A stretch of 64,000 nucleotides of DNA from an uncultured Thermoleophilia bacterium (GTDB lineage: Bacteria > Actinomycetota > Thermoleophilia > Gaiellales > Gaiellaceae): contig CAVUNA010000014.1 in NCBI GenBank assembly GCA_963742605.1, positions 591,200 to 655,199 of the forward strand. The letters are read 5' to 3'. This document shows positions 1-9,026 of this stretch, one piece after another. The position numbers and the translations under genes are program-made. The number at the start of each line of letters is the position of its first letter. The first letter of the stretch is position 1. The notes beneath the pieces are model-generated. The model searched no databases and was not told the DNA's origin. It saw nothing but the letters and a program-made list of their open reading frames with translations.

Positions 1-608
1 ATCTCCTCGAGATGCGGGCCCCCGGTGCAGACGGGGCACGGATCCGGGTGGCCGGCCGGGCAGCGGTAGGTGTAGGGGTCGAACATGCGCACGACGCCGG
101 GAATGCCGGGCTCGGCGGGCCACCGGCGCGGGTCGCCCGTGAGCGTGATCGCACCGCCGGTCGCGCCGTGATAGCTCCGGTAGCGCGCGATGATCTTGTG
201 GCGGCCCGTGTACCAGCGCGCCAGCTTGACCGCGTTTTCGTTCGCCTCCGCGCCGCCGTTCGTGAAGAAGCTCATCGAGAGGTCGCCGGGCGTCACCTCG
301 GCGAGCAGGCGCCCGAGCTTCGAGCGGCTCTCGCTCGCCATCGGCGGCCCGATCGTCGCGAGCTTGTCGGCCTGATCCTTGATCGCCTGAACGATCTTCG
401 GGTGTGAGTGGCCGATCGAGACGTTGACGAGCTGCGACGCGAAATCGAGGTAGCGATTGCCGTCGTAGTCCCAGAAGTAGCGTCCCTCTGCGCGCTCGAC
501 CGGGATCGGGTTGATCTGATCCTGGACGCTCCACGAGTAGAGGACGAACCGCTTCGCGTCCTCGACGATCTGACGACCCAGCTCGCTGCTCGTTTGGGTG
601 GTCGCCAT
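1..608 (-). CDS. Class III (omega) PLP aminotransferase, N-terminal ~200 aa; the rest runs off the window start
   Basis: Own translation of the minus strand from ATG at 608. It is absent from the ORF track because there is no stop in the window. Sequence: MATTQTSSELGRQIVEDAKRFVLYSWSVQDQINPIPVERAEGRYFWDYDGNRYLDFASQLVNVSIGHSHPKIVQAIKDQADKL...FFTNGGAEANENAVKLARWYTGRHKIIARYRSYHGATGGAITLTGDPRRW. This is a typical class III aminotransferase N-terminus (beta-alanine/taurine:pyruvate type). Divergent from mmsA. Confidence 0.8.
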   Translation of the reverse strand, partial: MATTQTSSELGRQIVEDAKRFVLYSWSVQDQINPIPVERAEGRYFWDYDGNRYLDFASQLVNVSIGHSHPKIVQAIKDQADKLATIGPPMASESRSKLGRLLAEVTPGDLSMSFFTNGGAEANENAVKLARWYTGRHKIIARYRSYHGATGGAITLTGDPRRWPAEPGIPGVVRMFDPYTYRCPAGHPDPCPVCTGGPHLEE

Positions 609-663
609 GACCAGTGATCCTACTGGGCGCGATACGCTCTCCGGACTACTCGAGGAGGACGCG

Positions 664-2169
664 ATGACCGAGACGATCGACGCCCCAGCTGCCGTCAAGC
701 CGATCAACCACTGGATCTCCGGTGCCGCCAGGGCAGGGGCATCCGGCAGGAGCGGCCCGGTCTTCAATCCCGCGACAGGCCGGCAGTCGGGCGTCGTCGA
801 CTTCGCGAGCATCGAGGAGGTCGACGAGGCTGTTCAGGCGGCGAAGCGCGCCTTCCCGGCCTGGCGCGCGCTGTCACTCGCGCGCAGGGCCGAGCTGTTC
901 TTCGCGATCCGCGAGTTGGTGCACGAGCGCCGCGAGGAGATCGCCAAGATCCTGACCGCGGAGCACGGGAAGGTGCTCTCGGACGCGATGGGCGAAGTGA
1001 CGCGCGGTCTCGAGGTGATCGAGTTCTGCTGTGGCCTGCCGCATCTGCTCAAGGGCGGCATGACCGAGCAGGCGTCGACCGGTGTCGACGTCTACTCGAT
1101 CAGGCAACCGCTCGGCGTCGTCGCCGGGATCACGCCCTTCAACTTCCCCGCGATGGTCCCGATGTGGATGTGGGCGCCCGCCCTCGCCTGCGGCAACACG
1201 TTCGTGCTCAAGCCGTCGGAGAAGGATCCGTCGGCGTCGATCTACACGGCCGCGCTGCTGAAGGAGGCGGGTGTGCCGGACGGCGTGTTCAACGTCGTGA
1301 ACGGTGACAAGGTGGCCGTCGACGCGCTGCTCGCGCATCCCGACCTCGCGGCGGTCTCGTTCGTCGGCTCGACGCCGATCGCGAGGTACGTCTACGAGAC
1401 GGCGACCCGCAGCGGAAAGCGGTGCCAGGCACTCGGCGGGGCCAAGAACCACATGATCGTGCTGCCCGACGCCGACATCGACATGGCGGCGGATGCGGCG
1501 GTGTCGGCGGGGTACGGGTCGGCCGGAGAGCGCTGCATGGCCGTCTCGATGATCGTGGCTGTCGGCGGCGTCGCCGATCCGCTGATCGAGGCGATCAAGC
1601 GCCGGATCCCCGCCGTCAAGGTCGGCGACGGCATGGACGCGTCGAGCGAGATGGGCCCGTTGATCACGCGAGAGCACCGCGACAAGGTCGCCTCGTACAT
1701 CGACGGTGGCGGTGGCACGGTCGTCGTGGACGGACGCGAGAGTTGCCCCGAGGACGGCTTCTTCCTCGGCGCCACCTTGCTCGACGACCTGAAGCCCGGA
1801 ATGAAGGCGTACGACGACGAGATCTTCGGGCCGGTGCTCGGCGTCACCCGCGTCGACACCTATGACGAAGCGATCAAGCTCGTCAACGAGAATCCATACG
1901 GCAACGGCACGGCGATCTTCACGCGCGACGGGGGCGTGGCTCGCCAGTTCCAGGTCGACGTCCAGGCCGGGATGGTGGGTGTGAACGTCCCGATCCCGGT
2001 CCCGGTCGCGTACTACAGCTTCGGAGGCTGGAAGGCATCCCTGTTCGGCGACCGGCACATCTATGGGCCCGAGGGCATCGACTTCTACACCCGCACCAAG
2101 GTCGTCACCGAGCGCTGGCCGGATCCGGCGACGTCGAAGGTCGACCTCGGCTTCCCGCAGACTCGCTGA
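664..2169 (+). CDS. mmsA: Methylmalonate/malonate-semialdehyde dehydrogenase (CoA-acylating)
   Basis: ORF 598-2169. I prefer ATG 664 (GAGGAGG 6 nt upstream), which avoids overlap with the divergent aminotransferase start at 608. ALDH family with catalytic Cys in GSAGERCMA, plus FNFPAMVPMWMW and NPYGNGTAIFTRDGG, all typical of MmsA. Confidence 0.9.
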   Translation: MTETIDAPAAVKPINHWISGAARAGASGRSGPVFNPATGRQSGVVDFASIEEVDEAVQAAKRAFPAWRALSLARRAELFFAIRELVHERREEIAKILTAEHGKVLSDAMGEVTRGLEVIEFCCGLPHLLKGGMTEQASTGVDVYSIRQPLGVVAGITPFNFPAMVPMWMWAPALACGNTFVLKPSEKDPSASIYTAALLKEAGVPDGVFNVVNGDKVAVDALLAHPDLAAVSFVGSTPIARYVYETATRSGKRCQALGGAKNHMIVLPDADIDMAADAAVSAGYGSAGERCMAVSMIVAVGGVADPLIEAIKRRIPAVKVGDGMDASSEMGPLITREHRDKVASYIDGGGGTVVVDGRESCPEDGFFLGATLLDDLKPGMKAYDDEIFGPVLGVTRVDTYDEAIKLVNENPYGNGTAIFTRDGGVARQFQVDVQAGMVGVNVPIPVPVAYYSFGGWKASLFGDRHIYGPEGIDFYTRTKVVTERWPDPATSKVDLGFPQTR

Positions 2170-2172
2170 ACG

Positions 2173-3375
2173 GTGAGGGTGCTCGTCGTCGGCGCGGGCG
2201 GTGTCGGCGCCGCCGCGGCGGCAGTCGCGGCACGCCGTGAGTTCTTCGAGCGGTTCGTGCTCGCCGACATCGACCTTGCACGCGCCGAACGGGCGGCAGC
2301 GCCACTCGGCGATCGCGGCGGATCGGCGCAGGTCGATGCCTCGGACGCGGCGGCGATCGCCGAGCTCGCGCGGGCGGAACGCGCCGAGGCGATCCTCAAC
2401 GCGTGCGACCCGCGGTTCAACCCGCCGATCTTCGAGGCTGCGTTCGACGCCGGCTGCACCTATCTCGACATGGCTGCGACGCTTTCGCAGCCACACCCGG
2501 AACACCCGTATTCCGAGGTCGGTGTGATGCTCGGCGACGAGCAGTTCGCCGTCGCGCAGCGCTGGCAGGACGCGGGCCTTCTGGCGTTGGTCGGGATCGG
2601 GGTCGAGCCCGGTCTGTCGGACGTCTTCGCGCGCTACGCGGCCGACGAGCTCTTCTCCGAGATCGACGAGGTCGGCATCCGTGACGGTTCCGATCTGGTC
2701 GTCTCCGGCTACGACTTCGCGCCGTCGTTCTCGATCTGGACGACGATCGAGGAGTGCCTCAACCCGCCGCTGATCTGGGAGCGGGAGCGAGGCTGGTACA
2801 CGACCCCGCCGTTCTCCGATCCGGAGGTATTCGAGTTTCCCGAGGGCATTGGGCCGGTCGAGTGCGTGAACGTCGAGCACGAGGAGGTCGTGCTCGTGCC
2901 GCGCTGGGTCGAGTGCAGGCGCGTCACCTTCAAATACGGGCTCGGCGAGGAGTTCATCGACGTCCTGAAGACGCTGCACAAGCTCGGGCTCGACTCGACC
3001 GAGCCCGTGACCGTGCGCGGCGTCCAGGTTGCGCCACGCGACGTCGTGGCCGCCGCGCTGCCCGATCCCGCGACGCTCGGAGACCGGATGTCGGGCAAGA
3101 CGTGTGCCGGGACGTACGTCACGGGGACCGGGAAGAACGGCTCAGCGCGTGCGACCTACCTGTACCACGTAGTCGACAACGAGCAGGCGATGCGCGACTA
3201 CGGCCATCAGGCCGTCGTCCTGCAGACGGCGATCAACCCGATCGTCGCGCTCGAGCTGCTCGCATCCGGCGTCTGGTACGGAACGGGCGTGCTCGGGCCG
3301 GAGGCGTTCCCTGCCGCCCCCTTCCTCGAACTGCTCGCCGACTACGGCGCGCCGCACGGGATCGAAGACCGGTAG
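2173..3375 (+). CDS. Saccharopine dehydrogenase family NAD(P)-binding oxidoreductase
   Basis: 400-aa ORF with a GTG start 3 nt after the mmsA stop. Rossmann N-terminus MRVLVVGAGGVGAAAA. The overall layout resembles saccharopine / carboxynorspermidine dehydrogenase-like proteins. Confidence 0.7.
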   Translation: MRVLVVGAGGVGAAAAAVAARREFFERFVLADIDLARAERAAAPLGDRGGSAQVDASDAAAIAELARAERAEAILNACDPRFNPPIFEAAFDAGCTYLDMAATLSQPHPEHPYSEVGVMLGDEQFAVAQRWQDAGLLALVGIGVEPGLSDVFARYAADELFSEIDEVGIRDGSDLVVSGYDFAPSFSIWTTIEECLNPPLIWERERGWYTTPPFSDPEVFEFPEGIGPVECVNVEHEEVVLVPRWVECRRVTFKYGLGEEFIDVLKTLHKLGLDSTEPVTVRGVQVAPRDVVAAALPDPATLGDRMSGKTCAGTYVTGTGKNGSARATYLYHVVDNEQAMRDYGHQAVVLQTAINPIVALELLASGVWYGTGVLGPEAFPAAPFLELLADYGAPHGIEDR

Positions 3376-3445
3376 CAGCGGCTCGGCCGGCGGAGTAAGG
3401 TCGCGCTGCCGCGGTCGAGCGCGGCACGAGTGAGAGGAGTGCGGC

Positions 3446-3874
3446 ATGGACGCGAACAAGAAGACCTCGACCAGGATCATCGAGGAGATCTTCGGCGCCG
3501 GGAAGTACGACCTCGCCGACGAGTTGGTGCGGCCGGATGCGATCGGCCACGATCCGGCATTGCCCGAGCCCGTCAAAGGGCCGGAAGGCCTGAAGGAGGC
3601 GGCGCGCGGCTATCGCGCCGCGTTCCCCGACCTGAAGCTGACCGTCGACGTCGCGATCGCCGAAGGCGATTTCGCCACGGTTCGCTGGACCGCGCGCGGC
3701 ACCCACAAGGGCGACCTGTTCGGGATCGCGCCGACGGGAAAGCAGGCGACGGTGACGGGGATCACGATCGACCGTTATGCGGGTGGCAAGATCGCCGAGT
3801 CCTGGACGAACTGGGACACGCTCGGCCTCCTGCAGCAGCTCGGCGCCGTGCCGAGCGCGATGCAGACGGTCTGA
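3446..3874 (+). CDS. SnoaL-like / predicted ester cyclase family protein
   Basis: 142 aa with GAGAGGAG upstream of the ATG. Pattern NKKTSTRIIEEIFGAGKYDLADELV...DLKLTVDVAIAEGDFATVRWTARGTHKGDLFGIAPTGK...ITIDRYAGGKIAESW is typical of the NTF2-fold ester cyclase family. Confidence 0.55.
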   Translation: MDANKKTSTRIIEEIFGAGKYDLADELVRPDAIGHDPALPEPVKGPEGLKEAARGYRAAFPDLKLTVDVAIAEGDFATVRWTARGTHKGDLFGIAPTGKQATVTGITIDRYAGGKIAESWTNWDTLGLLQQLGAVPSAMQTV

Positions 3875-3885
3875 GACCGCGAATC

Positions 3886-3911
3886 GGGCGGGCTCGGAAG
3901 CGGGCCCGCCC
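3886..3911 (+). terminator. Hairpin terminator candidate
   Basis: GGGCGGGC-10 nt-GCCCGCCC followed by TTCATCTC, 12 nt after the stop at 3874. Confidence 0.4.
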
Positions 3912-3975
3912 TTCATCTCTGCGAGGAATCTGCCGATGAATTGCGTATCGGAGAGCGCGGAACGCGCTCAGATCA

Positions 3976-4206
3976 GTGATGTCACTCGCATTCCCAACAC
4001 CCGATCACATGCCATGCCCGTCCTGCGGCGCCTCGGTCGCGGTTGCCGACGACTTCGGCGCACACGTGTGCGACGACGAGCGGCGCGTCGACTTCCGGCT
4101 GATCGAGCTGCGTGCGGAGGTCGATCGCTTCCCGGATGAGCTCGCCAGCTGGATGTGCACTCCGCACGGACGCTTCGCGCAGTGGCTCGCCGAGCGCGAG
4201 CGCTGA
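3976..4206 (+). CDS. Small hypothetical protein with CPSC...HVC motif (possible zinc ribbon)
   Basis: 76-aa ORF only. Cys/His pattern CPSCGASVAVADDFGAHVCDD. No family recognised. Confidence 0.3.
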   Translation: MMSLAFPTPDHMPCPSCGASVAVADDFGAHVCDDERRVDFRLIELRAEVDRFPDELASWMCTPHGRFAQWLAERER

Positions 4207-4213
4207 GCTACAG

Positions 4214-5614
4214 CTAGCGGATCCCGAGGCGCAGGCCGAGAACACGCGGCAATGCGGCGATCGCTCGCGCCGAGCGCGGAGCCCGGTAACCGGCTTCGTC
4301 GGCCTCCTCGCACGCGAGGATCGCGCGCCGGATCGCGGCGCCTCCCAGGTGGCGAATCGGTTCCGGGGGAACGCTGCTGCCGCGACCCCGGACGAGTGGC
4401 AGTGTGCTCCACTCGTCGTCGCGCCCGGTCGCGAGCGAGCCGAGCGCCTGGCCGGCGAGGTAGGACGGACCGACGCCGTTCCCGGAGAAGCCGGAGGCGA
4501 AGTGGACTGTGCCTCCGGACCAGCTGCCGACGAAGGGAACGTGGTCGGCGGAGACGTCGATCGGGCCGCCCCAGGCGCGTTCCACGCGCGCGGCCGCAAG
4601 GGCCGGCAGCAGCCTGCGCAACCCCAGCTCGGCCCTGCCGGCGGTCGGCGCATCGTGGGTGAAGCGTCGGTCGATCCGGTTCCCGAATCCGATCGGCCCC
4701 GAGCCCGAGCCCATCAACACGCGACCGTCGTTCGTCGTGCGGAAGTAGTGCAGGAACATGCGCCCGTCGACGATCGCCTCACCGCCGGTCCAGCCGATCT
4801 CGGCGAGCAGCTCCGGGACCGGCTCGGTGAGCACGACGTAGCTTCCGAAGACCGTCAGCCGTCCACGGACCGGGCGCCAGTCGGTCATCGCGGCATTGGT
4901 GGCGACGACGATCTGGTCCGCTCGTACACGGCCTCGCGGCGTCCGGAGGAGCCCTGCGCCGCCGGAGCGCGCGGGCGTTCCCTCGTACAATCGGACGCCG
5001 CGCGCGATCGCGGCTCGCCGCAGGCTGCGCACGAGTCTGGCCGGTTGCACGGTGCCGGTGTCGGGGAAAAGCACACCGCGGCGAAAGCGCTCTGAGCGGC
5101 AGCGCTCGGCGACCTGCTCGCGCGTGAGCCCGACGGCCTGCTCGGGGTGCCCGGCCGCTGCGGCCGTCGTGACCGCGCGGTCGATCGCGCGTTCCTGGTC
5201 GGCTGTCGTCGCAACCATGAGCATCCCCGATTCGCGAAGCCAGACGTCGTCGCCGAGCGCCCGCACCGCCGGCCGGATCGCCTCGCCCGCCCGCGCGAGA
5301 CGGACGGCGCTCTCGACGCCGAAGAGATCGACGAGCTCGGCGAGGGCGGGCCAGTAGCCCTCGATGAAACCTCCGTTGCGGCCGCTCGGGCCGGCGCCGC
5401 AAAACTCGGCCTCGAGCACGGCGACGTCGGCCGCGGGCTCGCGGTCGAGCACCGCGAGCGCAGTCCAGAGGCCGGTATAGCCTCCTCCGACGATCGCGAC
5501 GTCGACGTCGATGTCGCCGCCGAGCGGCTCGGTGTCGTTGCGACCACCATCGGCGGCGAATGCCTCCTGGAGCCACCACGGCGGCGCCGAACCTGGCGCC
5601 ACGGTCGGTTCCAC
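4214..5614 (-). CDS. FAD-dependent oxidoreductase (DAO family)
   Basis: 466 aa with dinucleotide-binding motif DVAIVGGGYTGLWTALA. Its start is 4 nt downstream of the dihydropyrimidinase stop, so it is probably in the same operon. Confidence 0.75.
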   Translation of the reverse strand: MEPTVAPGSAPPWWLQEAFAADGGRNDTEPLGGDIDVDVAIVGGGYTGLWTALAVLDREPAADVAVLEAEFCGAGPSGRNGGFIEGYWPALAELVDLFGVESAVRLARAGEAIRPAVRALGDDVWLRESGMLMVATTADQERAIDRAVTTAAAAGHPEQAVGLTREQVAERCRSERFRRGVLFPDTGTVQPARLVRSLRRAAIARGVRLYEGTPARSGGAGLLRTPRGRVRADQIVVATNAAMTDWRPVRGRLTVFGSYVVLTEPVPELLAEIGWTGGEAIVDGRMFLHYFRTTNDGRVLMGSGSGPIGFGNRIDRRFTHDAPTAGRAELGLRRLLPALAAARVERAWGGPIDVSADHVPFVGSWSGGTVHFASGFSGNGVGPSYLAGQALGSLATGRDDEWSTLPLVRGRGSSVPPEPIRHLGGAAIRRAILACEEADEAGYRAPRSARAIAALPRVLGLRLGIR

Positions 5615-5618
5615 GCCG

Positions 5619-7037
5619 CTAGGCCGCGGTCTGCGCGAGTCGCGCGGGCTTCAGCTCGTCGCCGAACCGCGCACGTTTCACGAACTGCCCGATGCCGGGC
5701 TTGGCGACGAGCCTGTCACCCTCGACCAGGACGTTGCCGCGGAGCAGGACGATGTCTGGCGACCCTTGCACCTCGGTGCCCTCGAACAGGTTGTAGTCGA
5801 CCTTCGAATGGTGCGTCTTCGCGGAGATGGTGACGGTCTTCTCGGGGTCGAAGACGACGATGTCCGCGTCAGAGCCGACGGCGAGCGTTCCCTTTCGCGG
5901 ATACAGACCGAACAGCTTCGCCGGGTTCGTGGCGAGCAGTTCGACCATCCGGTTCAGCGAGATGCGCCGCTTGCGCACACCGAAGTGGTGGATCATCTGC
6001 AGACGGTTCTCGATTCCCGGTCCGCCGTTCGGGATCTTCGAGAAGTCGTCCTTGCCGAGCGTCTTCTGCCCGTTCCAGTTGAACGCGCAGTGATCGGTCG
6101 AGATCGCAGAGAGCACGTCGTTGCGGACGGCGTTCCACAGGACGTCCTGGTTCGCCTTGTCGCGCGGCGGCGGTGTGTAGACGTACTTCGCTCCCTCAAA
6201 GTCCGGTCTCTCCAGGAACTCGGTGTCGATGAAGAAGTACTGCGTGCACGTTTCGCCGAAGACGTCCCAGCCCTTCTCGCGCGCAAGGGCGATCGGCTCG
6301 ACCGACTCCCGGCAGGAGACGTGGACGACGTAGAGCGGGGCTCCGGCGACGCGGGCGAGCTGGATCGCACGGTTCGTCGCCTCACCCTCGGTCTCGGGCG
6401 GGCGGGTCAGAGCGTGCCAGTGCGGCTCGGTGTGCCCCTCCGCGAGCGCGCGCTTGACGAGCACGTCGATCGCATCGCCGTTCTCCGCGTGCACCATCAC
6501 GAGCGCTCCGGTGTCGGCCGCGACCTCCATCGTCTTGAAGAGCGTCTCGTCGTCGACCATCAGCGCGCCCTTGTAGGCCATGAAGAGCTTGTACGAGGTG
6601 ATCCCCTGATCCGGCAGCGACGCGAGCTCTTCGAGCGACCCGCCCTCCCGTAGGTCGGTGACGGCGATGTGGTAGCCCATGTCGATCACCTGCTTGCCGT
6701 TCGCTTTCGACTTCCAGTCGGCGAGCGCGTCCGTGAAGCTCGAGCCATGCGGCTGGATGCAGAAGTCGACGTGGCAGGTCGTGCCGCCGAACGCAGCCGA
6801 CGTCTGCCCGGACTCGACGTCGTCGATCGTCACGGTCCCGCCGAACGGCATGTCGAGGTGCGTGTGCGGGTCGATGCAGCCGGGGAGGACGTACTTGCCG
6901 GCGGCGTCGATCACCGTGTCTGCCGGGGTATCGAGCGACTCACCGATCAGGGAGATCCGCTCGCCGTCGATGAAGACGTCGGCGACGTAGTCGTCCGCCG
7001 CCGTGATGACGCGGCCGTTCTTGATCAGCACGGACAT
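5619..7037 (-). CDS. Dihydropyrimidinase / D-hydantoinase
   Basis: Track ORF 5619-7367. The real start is ATG 7037 (AGGGAGAT SD), giving MSVLIKNGRVITAADDY.... Cyclic amidohydrolase motifs present: GCIDPHTHLDMPFGG, TSYKLFMAYKG (carboxylated Lys), VMVHAENGD, ISTDHCAF. Confidence 0.9.
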   Translation of the reverse strand: MSVLIKNGRVITAADDYVADVFIDGERISLIGESLDTPADTVIDAAGKYVLPGCIDPHTHLDMPFGGTVTIDDVESGQTSAAFGGTTCHVDFCIQPHGSSFTDALADWKSKANGKQVIDMGYHIAVTDLREGGSLEELASLPDQGITSYKLFMAYKGALMVDDETLFKTMEVAADTGALVMVHAENGDAIDVLVKRALAEGHTEPHWHALTRPPETEGEATNRAIQLARVAGAPLYVVHVSCRESVEPIALAREKGWDVFGETCTQYFFIDTEFLERPDFEGAKYVYTPPPRDKANQDVLWNAVRNDVLSAISTDHCAFNWNGQKTLGKDDFSKIPNGGPGIENRLQMIHHFGVRKRRISLNRMVELLATNPAKLFGLYPRKGTLAVGSDADIVVFDPEKTVTISAKTHHSKVDYNLFEGTEVQGSPDIVLLRGNVLVEGDRLVAKPGIGQFVKRARFGDELKPARLAQTAA

Positions 7038-7063
7038 AGCGGATCTCCCTTCTCGGTTCGCTC

Positions 7064-8182
7064 CTACTTCCCGCCCAGTGTGAGCGTGACGGTCTGAGGC
7101 TTCCAGCTCTTGCCGTTGACGTCGACTCCGGCGGCCTTCAGCTGAGACAGCGCCTGCTGGGCGTAGGTGTAGTTCGTCGCACCGGCCGGCATCTTCTTGA
7201 TCACGCCGTACGTCTTCGCGATCGTCGCTGTCTGCTTGACCGCCGATGCCGGGACCAGCCCGATGCCGCTCGCGTTCGGCCAGATCAGCTTGTTGATCTC
7301 GTTCAGCTGCCAGGTCTGATGGCCCTTGCCGAGCAGCGATCCGTTCTTGAGAACGATGTTCACGCACGCTGCCTGGTGGTCACGGCAGTAGATCCAGCCC
7401 TGGTCCGACGCCTTGAGGAACGCGGTTGCCGTCTTCTGGTTCGCAGGGTCCTTGAGCCAGTCACCACGGACGAACACATTGTCTTCGAGCATGCCGGTCC
7501 CCACCTGCGGGCTCGCCATCTTGAAGATGTTGAGGTCGGACTGCTGGTAGAGCTTCCCCGTCGCCGGGTTTTTCGTCTCGAGCACCTGCGCCATCTCGTT
7601 GTAGGTCATCGCCGCGGCGGCATCGACCTGCTTGTTGAGGAACAGGCTCATGTCGAACGGCTGGTTGACGATCGTCACGTCGCTCGACTTGGCCGGGTTG
7701 ATGCCGTTCTTCGTCAGCGCCGCGAACAGCTCAGGCTGATTCCCGCAGCACCAGACCCCGACCTTCTTGCCGCGCATCTTGGCGATCGTGTTGATGCCGC
7801 TCGACTTCCACGTGAGCTCGGTCATCCCCGATCGGGCGAACATCTGAGCGATCGAAACGAGCCCGCTGCCCTTCTCGCGGGTGGCGAACAGGTTCGGGAG
7901 CCAGTCGAGGCCGAAGTCGGCCTGCTTGCCGACGACGACGGTCTCCGGCGTGATGCTCGGGCCGCCGATCTTGATCTTCACGTCGAGGCCGGCGTTCTTG
8001 TAGTAGCCCTGGGCGAGTGCCGCGTAGTAGCCGGCGAACTGTGCCTGCGTCACCCACTTGAGCTGAAGTGTGACCTTCGTCAGCTTCTGCTGCTTCGGCG
8101 CAGCGCTTGCGGTGGCGCCCCAGATCGCGAGCCCGGTGCAAGCGAGGGCGAGGACGCCCAACGCCAGGTGCCTACGGTTCAT
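7064..8182 (-). CDS. ABC transporter substrate-binding protein (NMT1/THI5-like, NitT/TauT family)
   Basis: The start is trimmed to ATG 8182 (AAGGAG SD). Signal peptide MNRRHLALGVLALACTGLAIWGATASA. Adjacent to cognate permeases and an ATPase. Confidence 0.75.
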   Translation of the reverse strand: MNRRHLALGVLALACTGLAIWGATASAAPKQQKLTKVTLQLKWVTQAQFAGYYAALAQGYYKNAGLDVKIKIGGPSITPETVVVGKQADFGLDWLPNLFATREKGSGLVSIAQMFARSGMTELTWKSSGINTIAKMRGKKVGVWCCGNQPELFAALTKNGINPAKSSDVTIVNQPFDMSLFLNKQVDAAAAMTYNEMAQVLETKNPATGKLYQQSDLNIFKMASPQVGTGMLEDNVFVRGDWLKDPANQKTATAFLKASDQGWIYCRDHQAACVNIVLKNGSLLGKGHQTWQLNEINKLIWPNASGIGLVPASAVKQTATIAKTYGVIKKMPAGATNYTYAQQALSQLKAAGVDVNGKSWKPQTVTLTLGGK

Positions 8183-8246
8183 CGGTTCTCCTTTCGGGTG
8201 CCTGCGACCCGTCCGGGGGGTCCGGAGGGCATTCTCACGGTTTTCG

Positions 8247-9026
8247 TCACTCGGTGTACGCGGAACGCGCCGAGGGGTGCCAGCTGGTCGTTGCATGCTC
8301 GACCGTTGCGACGAGAGCGTACAAGGCGATCCCGAACGCGCTCGCGAGGAGGATGCCGGCCCAGGCCCGCGGAAAGTTGAACAGCTGTGAGTCGTTGAGG
8401 ATGCTCACGCCGAGAGCGTTGGTCGGACCGCCGAAGTACTCGCCGACGATCGCGCCGATCATCGAGAGCACCGCAGCGATCTTCAGGCCGGTGAACATGT
8501 ACGGGAGAGAATTCGGAATACGCACGCGGCGGAACGTCGCGATCTCACCGGCTCCATAGGAGCGCATGAGCTCGATCGACGACGGTGACACCGAGATGAG
8601 ACCGCGCAGCGTGTTGATCATCGTCGGGAAGAAGCAGAGGACTGCAGCGATGACCATCTTCGAGACAGGATTGAGCAGCCCGAACCAGTTGTTCGTGATC
8701 GGCGCAAAGGCGATGATCGGAATCGCGTTGGCCGCGATCGCGAACGGCATCAGCGCCGCGCCGATCGTTCGGAACCGTGCAAGGAGAAGAGCGGCGAGGA
8801 TGCCGAGGCTCCCGCCGATCGCGAAACCCCCTACCGCTTCCTTCAGCGTGTAGAAGCCGGCGTGCCAGAGCGCATCCTTGTTGTCCCAGAACGATTGGGC
8901 AATGTCGCTCGGCTTCGGCAGGAGGAACGTCTGCACGTGGAAAGCGGTTGTCAGCCCTTGCCAGAGCGCGATCCCGATGGCGAAGACGGCCAGCGCGGGC
9001 AGCCACTCACGGAGGCGCCTGGTCAG
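8247..9026 (-). CDS. ABC transporter permease (NitT/TauT type), probable CTG start
   Basis: The track ORF starts at GTG 8936, but the frame stays open upstream and encodes the expected first TM helix (LTRRLREWLPALAVFAIGIALWQGL). The only start-like codon is CTG at 9026, forming a CTGA overlap with the ATPase stop (9023-9025). Confidence 0.7.
   Translation of the reverse strand: MTRRLREWLPALAVFAIGIALWQGLTTAFHVQTFLLPKPSDIAQSFWDNKDALWHAGFYTLKEAVGGFAIGGSLGILAALLLARFRTIGAALMPFAIAANAIPIIAFAPITNNWFGLLNPVSKMVIAAVLCFFPTMINTLRGLISVSPSSIELMRSYGAGEIATFRRVRIPNSLPYMFTGLKIAAVLSMIGAIVGEYFGGPTNALGVSILNDSQLFNFPRAWAGILLASAFGIALYALVATVEHATTSWHPSARSAYTE

Noticed and set aside
12-617. Plus-strand ORFs at the window start (12-407, 190-375, 408-617).
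   Set aside because: The minus strand across the same region translates into a clean class III aminotransferase N-terminus starting at ATG 608. The plus-strand products are Arg/Ala-rich with no recognisable motifs.
874-2979. 701-aa minus-strand ORF spanning mmsA and the saccharopine-DH-like gene.
   Set aside because: It is antisense to two strongly recognisable plus-strand genes. Its composition is dominated by R/D/E/A/G/L, typical of stop-poor antisense frames in high-GC DNA.
3976-4206. The small Cys-containing ORF as an antitoxin or zinc-ribbon regulator paired with a neighbouring gene.
   Set aside because: There is no partner toxin-like ORF, no overlap or coupling, and no recognisable family. 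It is kept only as a low-confidence hypothetical CDS.
5619-8296. N-terminal extensions of the track ORFs for the dihydropyrimidinase (to 7367) and the SBP (to 8296). The same pattern occurs at 9023-10591, 57308-59107 and 58135-59439.
   Set aside because: The extensions overlap the upstream gene and are Arg-rich. Internal ATGs with good SD sequences give family-typical N-termini.
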